NCBI GenBank assembly: GCA_032718475.1
Contig: JAUCBJ010000104.1
Coordinates: 1 to 51,128 of the forward strand
Origin: Nemertoderma westbladi
Lineage: Eukaryota; Animalia; Xenacoelomorpha
DNA length: 51,128 nucleotides
Reading direction: 5' to 3'
Within the stretch, counting starts at the first letter, position 1. The number at the start of each line of letters is the position of its first letter. The notes beneath the pieces are model-generated. The model did no database searches and was not told the DNA's origin. It saw only the letters and a list, made by a program, of their open reading frames with translations. The translations under genes and the position numbers were made by a program. Below, one piece after another: positions 36,001 through 45,000 of this stretch.

Positions 36001-39000
36001 ACATATACAATTCGGGCATAGAAGTACTACTTAGATTTAGGAATGGGGAAACACGCCTTCACGTGTGACATAGAAGGCATGTTCAACCAAGTCCGAGTAG
36101 CAGAGGAAGATAGCGATAGTCAACGCTTCTTATGGTATAACGGCGAAGAAGAACCGCCTATAATACCGGCATATAAGATGGTAGTACAAAACATGGGGGC
36201 CAAGTCGTCCTCATTTACGACGACTATGGCAGTGAGAGACACGGTAAAGGGGAAGGAGGATAGATATAGCAGTAGGGCCGTCGACATGATCAGACGCGGT
36301 TTCTACGTAGACGACGGCATGGAGTCTGGAAATACGGTTGAGGAGATACTGGAAACAGGGCGCGAGGTTCGCGACATCCTGAGAGGATCCGGCTTCAACC
36401 TGACCAAATTCCAATCCAGTTCAGAAGAATTTATCAGGGAAATAGAGGACAAGAAACCAGAATCGACCATGGACAACCCTACAACAGCCAAAGGACAGGA
36501 CATGGCGATTAAGAGAACGGAATCCCAGCAGAAGGCGTTGGGAATCGTGTGGGATAGAAAAACAGACGAACTGAAGTATCAGCTGAGCCAGGAGGGCGCA
36601 GACACCCATACGAAGAGGGGTTACGTATCGTATATAGCAAGGATATACGATCCCCTAGGCCTAGCATCCCCATTACTAGTCACGGGGAAACAGATACTCA
36701 AGAGAGTATATAAGTTGAAGGATGAGTGGGACGTAGAGGTACCAGAAGACATTAAGAAACAGTGGAGCAAATGGACAGGAGACTTGGAGAGGATGGGAAC
36801 ATACAACATGCCGCGAGTGTATTTCCCGGACGGCAACATGACGAATCTGGACCTACATATGTTCTCCGACGCGTCGTTAGAGGCATACGGAGCGGCACTC
36901 TATTTAGTACAACGAGAGGGGCCTCACAAGCCCAGACTAGCCTTTAGCAAAGCTAAGTCAACGCCGCCAGATTCAGCATCTGTTCCCAAGTTAGAATTGA
37001 CAGCCGCGAGACTAGGAGTTAGAGCCACAGCCTACCTAGTGGATACAATTCCCAACATAGTGGAGACACACTACTGGACGGACTCCATGGTAGTGCTTGG
37101 TTGGCTACACAACGAAAAGACGAGGTACCCGATATTCGTCGCGAATAGAGTGGACGAAATAAGGGCGAGCACAGAACTAGAAAGGTGGCACTACTGCCCA
37201 ACAGACGAGAACCCAGCGGACTTGCTGTCGAGGGGCGTGGAACGCCGCACTTTCTTAAAGAAAGAAGCATTGTGGCAACACGGGCCACAATTTCTGAGCG
37301 ATAGGGAGGCCTGGCCGCCGATGAGGAAGGTGGACCCGGGCTCGGAAGTAGTATCAGAAGGAGAAGAGGGAGATTCAGAGGGAGAAGAGATATACTCCCA
37401 GATGGTGAGGGAGATCAGGGACGTGCAACCAGGAAGGGAACTGTGCGATAACCCGACGGATAAACTCCTCAGCTACAGTTCTAGTTGGTATAAGACCAAG
37501 AAACTAGTGGCGTACTGGAGAGCCTTTGGGAATTTCCTTGCGGGAGTCGGCAAGGACAAGAAGACCAGGACAACCATAGATCTGGAAGGAGCGGCCAAGG
37601 CAGTGATCCGCTATGAACAACGCAAGAACTACGGCGACGAGGTGGAACGTGTCGGTAACCAACAACATCTCCGACGGGATAGCGAGTTGATCACGCTGTC
37701 GCCACAACTCAACGAGGATGGGATCCTAGTAATGAATTCTAGGGTGGGATATAACAACAGTATAGTCGTACCACCGAAACCCATCATCATTCCCACGGGA
37801 TCGCCTATAGTCCACCAGATCATATGGGACTCCCACAAATCGATACTGCATGGGGGCACCAACCGAACCCTCACGGAGATAAGAAGGACCTATTGGGTCA
37901 AACAATTAAGGAAGAAGGTGAAAGCGGTAGTGGGACAGTGCCAGACCTGCCGACGAGCGAAGAAGGAGCGAGCCGTACAGGAGATGGCGCCACTACCGGC
38001 GAGTAGGGTAAGACAGCACGACCCGCCATTTACGCATTGCGGTGTGGACATGTTCGGGCCGATAAAGATCAAGGTGATGCGACACACGGAGAAACGCTAC
38101 GGTATTATCTTCGTATGCAACAATACGCGGGCGGTAGGGATAGAACTCGCCCAGGATGCAACCGCATCAGCCTTCATTAACGCCTTAGAAAGGTTTAGGG
38201 ACCGCAAAGGTGGGACGATCGCAGTGATATACAGCGACAACGGCACCAACTTTGTGGGCGCAGAGAGTGAGATGGCAGAGGCCTTAGACATCTTGGAGGG
38301 AGAAGAAGTCAGGGCGGCCATGAGAAGACGACAAGTGAAGTGGGAGAGACGGACGCCGTATGCACCACATACACTAGGATGCGTCGAAAGACTGGTGGGC
38401 AGTTCGAAACGTCTAATGACGAAGCTGATGAACACCCACATGGTCACTGAAGACGTCTTACGGACAGTACTTGCAAAGTGCGAGGGGATCATTAATAGCA
38501 GACCGCTATACCCGGAGAATGATGACCCTGAGTCATTAGACGTGTTGACGCCTAGCCATTTCCTGATGGAAAGGCCAGTGACCATAGATATGCGGGGTGT
38601 AGACCCAGATGATATACACTCCCGCCAAAGTTGGAAAGTAGCTAAAGCAATTAGCGCAGAGTATTGGAGGAGGTGGGTAGAAGAATACCTACCAACGCTC
38701 CATAAGCGAAGCAAGTGGAGGAAGCCAAACAGGGAGTTGAGAGAGGGAGATCTCGTAATCGTCACGGATGATACTATCATCAACAACCAATGGCGGTTGG
38801 CGAGAGTTGTAGGCACCTACTCCGACGAGGACGGAAGAGTCCGATCGGTAGAAGTGCGGATAGGTGGAAAGATAGGTGCGAAAGACAGAAAAACCTACAG
38901 GAGAGCAGTAGGTAAATGCTGTCTTCTAGAAGGGGCACCTTAAATTAGAGTTAGTGTGAAGTTTAGTCGTCCAAGTTTTGGACTGAGGGGGGTGGGATTG

Positions 39001-42000
39001 AGGGCGAGACGCCCTTCCCACACAAATAAAATAAAATAAAATAAAAATAAATAAAAGTTAGTTAGTTAGTAGGTACGTAGTACCTAGAGTTAGTTAGTTA
39101 GTAGGTACGTAGTACCTAGAGTTAGTTAGTTAGTAGGTACGTAGTACCTAGTTAAAGTTAGAGTTAGTAGGTACGTAGTACCTAGTTAGAGTTAGAGTTA
39201 GAGGGTACGTAATGCCTAGTTAGGGTTAGAGAGTAGGTAGTACCGATAGAGTTAGAGTTAGTAGGTACGTGGTACCTAGTCAGAGTTAGAGTTAGTAGGT
39301 ACGTAGTACCTAGAGTTAGTTAGTTAGTAGGTACGTAGTACCTAGTTAAAGTTAGAGTTAGTAGGTACGTAGTACCTAGTTAGAGTTAGAGTTAGAGGGT
39401 ACGTAATGCCTAGTTAGGGTTAGAGAGTAGGTAGTACCGATAGAGTTAGAGCTAGCAGGTACGTAGTACCTAGTTAGAGTTAGAGTTAGTAGGTACGTAG
39501 TACCTAGTTAGAGTTAGAGTTAGAGGGTACGTAGTACCGATAGTTAGAGAGTTAGTAGGTACGTAGTACCTAGTTAGAGTTAGAGTTAGAGGGTACGTAA
39601 TGCCTAAGAGTTAGAGTTAGAGGGTAGGTAGTACCGATAGAGTTAGAGCTAGTAGGTACGTAGTACCTAGTTAGAGTTAGAGTTAGTAGGTACGTAGTAC
39701 CTAGTTAGAGTTAGAGTTAGAGGGTACGTAGTACCGATAGTTAGAGAGTTAGTAGGTACGTAGTACCATTAGTTAGAGTTAGAGTTAGAGGGTGCGTAAT
39801 GCCTAGTTAGAGTTAGAGTTAGAGGGTAGGTAGTACCGATAGAGTTAGAGTTAGTAGGTACGTGGTACCTAGTCAGAGTTAGAGTTAGAGGGTACGTAGT
39901 ACCATTAGTTAGAGAGAGAGAGTAAGAGGTAAAAGGGGTAAAATAAGATATAGATATTAGATAGCAGTAAGTAGAGTTAGTAGTGAGAGGGGGGCATATG
40001 AGTGCAGCTGGATAAATCGTGTGGCCACACGACGCATACTGCTGTACTGCATAGGCCCACTGAGTAGGCCAGAATATGGATCAGAGAATAGAATAAATCC
40101 ATAGGCAGTAGTAAGTAGTAGGACAGTAGAATCAAAGCAAAATAAATAAGTAAATAGAATAGGGCTAAAAATCGGAAAATAGTGGTAACACAAGGAAAGT
40201 CGTTCTAGAACATAATAAAAGTAACGGACGGAAATTGTAAATTAGGCTGATTTACTAGCTCCGAAATTAATTAGATTAAATTAAGCTTGAAAGGCGCAGT
40301 TAAGTAGAAAAGTAGGCCATTATCGAACTGTAGGAAACATCTCAATACATCACTCATCTGTATTGCGCCTTGGTAAGGCACCACCCTACAGGTGAGCGAG
40401 TGTAGTGTTCGGAATGGCGAGTAAGCTGATCAGGAAGAGAAAGGCGGAGTCAGGAGGAAAAGAAATATTGGTGGATTTCACCGAAAGACACCCTGAGGAG
40501 AAGACGAGAGGATACTACGAGAGGTTGGAAAGGGGTCACGCGGCACGAGCGCTGCAGGATCACTTCCGGGAGGCGCACGAACAGCGGTTGGTCGGAACCT
40601 ACGGGACGCCGTCGCTGGATAATGCGATCTTCCAACACTTCCACTACGTGGTGAAAGGAGACGAGGCGAAGTTCGGAATTCCGAAGTATCCGAGGGAATC
40701 GCCGAGGAAGGACTGGAAAAGATTCATAGAGTCCGTCAACAGAGGAGGATATATGATCCTAGATGACGAGGGAACCGTGGAAGACGAAGCGGGTTCGAGA
40801 CGAGGAACGGCAGGGTCGGCCAGGACCATACTCTTGCATTTGGCAGCGCCAAATGGGGACATCTTCTTATTCGACTTAGGGACGTATGGGAAGAAGGACG
40901 GGCCGAAATTAGACCGACTGCCGAAAGCGGTACAGGTCTTAGTAAGAGAGAAGTCGACGACGAAAGTGGGATCGGCGATTCGCGAGGACGCGGAGAGGAT
41001 CATCGGTCCGGACGCCACCAACCTCCTGGATATGCAGAAAGTCTTTATGGCTATGACGGCACCGGATGGATTGGGGGTGGTCGAGAACTCAGGCCAATGC
41101 GGGGCGGTGGCGATGGGCCAATTATTGGGGCTCGTATGCCACAAACCAATGGATTGGGGGAAGTTTAGGGAAGAATACGGAGCAGAACTAGCGAACTCGC
41201 TGAAGTGGGGAGCGAGACCGGGAAAGCAGGAGGTATATCAGTTTCGCAGAGGAGCGATAAAGGTATATCAGAAGCGATATATCCTGCAGGAGGACTGGAT
41301 GATGATAAGTTTGCTTAACTTATTCATGACCGTAGTTATCGAAAGGGAACCAGGGGCATTTCTGTTATCGGGATCACCCCTAAGCTACAGGAGAGCCTTT
41401 AAGACGGCCTTTGACGGTCTGGTAGACCACCCGGGGCTGAAGGGCGAGTCGGTGTACTACAACAGCCGACATCTGGTAGATGGGGAGACAGATACACCGT
41501 ATCAGAGATGGGAGCAGCTAGAGATGGATAGACGGGAAGCAAAGCGATTGGAAGAAGTCGCTAGACGGGAGAGGATAGAAGCAGAGGAGAGGGAAGAGGA
41601 GGCCAGGACACAGAGTTATGGCTTCGAGGAACAGGCGGGTCTAGACGAGCTTCATTGGACTTCGTCAGGGAGTTCGGGGGAGTCTCTAGGACGAGAATTG
41701 GGATGGACGGTGGGATCGCCGAAACAGTCGACGTCGGGGTTGCAGACGATACCCATACCAGCGGGCGCCGAGGGCGACCAACCGCCAAGGAAGTTAAGGG
41801 AGCTAGAGGGATGGAGAGCTACGGGCGAGAGCCAAGGCGGGAAGGGACATAGTGGATCCATCGGGATACCGGGATTGGAGACACTGCCAGAAGAGGAGGA
41901 CGACGACGACGAGTTCGGAGAGATACCGCCCATCGAGAGGATAGGCCACTCGGACACGGACTGGGTTGGCGGGAGGGTGGTGACGGCCAGTGGGGCGAGG

Positions 42001-45000
42001 GCCTTCTGGAACAGATCCGGCAAGCGGACCTGGGTGCACGAGGGGCCGGCGATGGATTTCGCGGGGAGCACCATCAGGTTGGGCGAGCAACCGGGGACGG
42101 CACCACGGATAGTATTCGGGGAGACGATGCCCGAGAGGGGCGGAGAGATAGACGTAAACAGGGAGAGCAATGTAGAGAAGTTCGCCTACCAGCGACTCCA
42201 TAGACCGCGGAGATCGCTTGGGACGAAGGACGAGGTGGGACGCGAGACATTGGTACTCGGCTGCGACTACTGTGGGAGACAGACCCATCAGGAAAGCAGC
42301 TGCCTATACCGGTTCCAACGGGGAACCTTTTGTCTCTATTGTAGAGAACCAAGTCACAGGATGGGGGCGTGTCCACGGTTGCATAACCGATGTCCAAAGT
42401 GCCACTTTCGGGGGCACTACGGACGCGAGTGCGACTGGATGAGCGACGAGGAGAAGTTCACGAGGTTCGAGGAGTGGGCCGACGTCGGGGCCATGACGCG
42501 CCAGCGCATGAAGGCCCAAGAGTTCAAGTGGGGTTTCTTCCTCATAAACCAGGAGACCCACATGGAAATCATAAAGCGAAGGTTACCGTTTACCTATCAA
42601 GAGGTAGCTACGGCGGCATCGTTCGCCGGAGTTATGAACACGCAACGGTACCTGGACAGGTGGACACCAGAGAACCGGAGGGAGTTTAGGGATTTCTTGG
42701 CGGAACACGTACCAAAGGCAATGAAGATGATCCTATGGGACGCCACACGAGGGAAACAACCAGGCCATTCTGAGGGGCCACCGGCGAAGCGGTATCGGGC
42801 TTTAATAACACCAGCGCCCAAGGAGCCGACGACCGGGATCAGCAAGGAAGTGGCAGCGAAGGTCCGGAAGCAGAAAGCGGATGATGCCAGAGGAGCGGTG
42901 ATAACCAAGAAACGGGCCAGGGAGGAGGACGTGAGGAGGTACAGATAAGTTCCCGGAGGAGAGGGAATGGGACTGAGACTGGGACGTGGTGCGCCTGGAA
43001 GGCGCCGCATGTAACGTACGAACTATTAAGTATAAATTTAATTAATGCAAATAACTATATAAGTGCAATTCGTATGTACGTACGTAGTGATTAGCAGTAA
43101 AATACATACGTTTGGAGTAAGTACTATAGTCATACAACCTTTCTCAATTAGCTACTGGGACTGGGGGACAATGACTATGGCACTATGGACGAGACAACTG
43201 ACAATTTCACACTTCTTGAGTGCGGCGGCACGAGAGGGGGGGGGAGGTTCGTCAGGAGAGATAAAAACAGTCAAAGTGGACTTGAGAATCGGAATAAGAG
43301 TGTGAAGTGCGGAGAGAGTGCGAACGCAATTCTAGTGTGGGGGGGGGAATGAGAGGCTGAGTAAGGGACGAGGAGGTCCGGGGGTATGAGAGAGAGTTAG
43401 GGTGAGAGTAGAGGGGAGGTAGGGCGAAAGTGTTGGGGAAACAAAAATCGCGTGAAGAGGTGAGCGCGATCGGCCCGACATGAAACGCCAGGCACACAGG
43501 GTAGCGATATCATACCCATAGGGGGCGGCCTGGAAAGCCGGCTCCGAGAGAAAAGAATTCCACCCCACACCCGATGCTAGATCGGGATCCAGCGGGATTG
43601 TAGCGCACTTTTTTGGTTGATGCTATCTTCTTACCGGGAAGATAGCATGGGGGGGAGTGTTAGCTTATTCAATCCCGCCAACACCCCATAAAGTTATTAG
43701 CCGATAAGCAATATTGGGAGCCACGAGATTGGGTAATTAACCAACTCGCGCCATCCCAATAAGAATGGGAAGGAAGCACACAATAGAGGGTCAGGGGCCA
43801 AACCCCTAACCCAGAGAGAACAAGTGGAGTGAACGGGAATACTCCACGGGGCGCCAACAAGGGTATTAACCAATCAGAGGGGGGAATGGCATCGATTGAG
43901 TAGCAGTAAGGCCACCGTGCAATATAACCAATAACCTATTAATCAGTGATTCAGTTATCTCAGTGCAGCAGTGCTAGCGTAGGGTACAGCCAATTAGTTT
44001 AGTTAGGGGATCACGGGACTTTAGTTACCGTATCCCGCCTTGTACACATTCACAACATATCTATATCTTATAACCTCTTATTATACACCGAACTTCAGAA
44101 CTCAATTATCTTTACTTCACCCTTACACACGGCGGGGACGCGTGGACTAAATACCACACCGGATAAATCGGGATCCCTCCTGGATCCCGTCACAATCTAA
44201 GCAATTTCAATGGAATTGTATAGTTAACTGGACGTTCAGTTTTATAAATGAATTCAAACTGTACACTTCATTTAAACATAAATCTCAGAAAAATTTTGTT
44301 TAAAAAACTACAAATAAAAAGTACAGTAAGTTAAGTAAAACTAAAGAACATTGGAATCGGATGGATAAAGAGAAAAAAAAATAAAGACAACATAAAGATG
44401 GAACATAAAGATGGAACGTAAAGATGGAACATAAAGATGGAACATAAAGATGGAACGTAAAGATGGAACATAAAGATGGAACGTAAAGATGGAACATAAA
44501 GATGGAACGTAAAGATGGAACATAAAGATGGAACGTAAAGATGGAACGTAAAGATCGAACATAAAGATTGAACATAAAGATGGAACATAAAGATGGAACG
44601 TAAAGATGGAACATAAAGATGGAACGTAAAGATGGAACATAAAGATGGAACATAAAGATGGAACGTAAAGATGGAACATAAAGATGGAACATAAAGATGG
44701 AACGTAAAGATGGAACATAAAGATGGAACGTAAAGATGGAACATAAAGATGGAACATAAAGATGGAACATAAAGATGGAACATAAAGATTGAACATAAAG
44801 ATGGAACGTAAAGATGGAACATAAAGATGGAACGTAAAGATGGAACATAAAGATGGAACGTAAAGATTGAACATAAAGATTGAACATAAAGATAGAACAT
44901 AAAGATGGAACATAAAGATGGAACGTAAAGATGGAACATAAAGATGGAACATAAAGATGGAACGTAAAGATGGAACATAAAGATGGAACATAAAGATGGA

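Larger units (their letters stand above)
29776..44194 (+). mobile_element. Full-length BEL/Pao (Belpaoviridae) LTR retrotransposon with extra 3' ORF, 14,419 bp
   Basis: Two 537-bp TG..CA LTRs, 5-bp TSD ATCTA (29771-29775, 44195-44199), gag-PR-RT-RH-IN order with BEL-type motifs, PPT at 43649-43657. Confidence 0.97.

Noticed and set aside
40414-42948. env gene
   Set aside because: No signal peptide, TM helix or fusion-protein features; exonuclease and knuckle motifs instead.
30336-43010. Many antisense ORFs within the retrotransposon
   Set aside because: Expected shadows of purine-rich coding sequence; no recognisable motifs.
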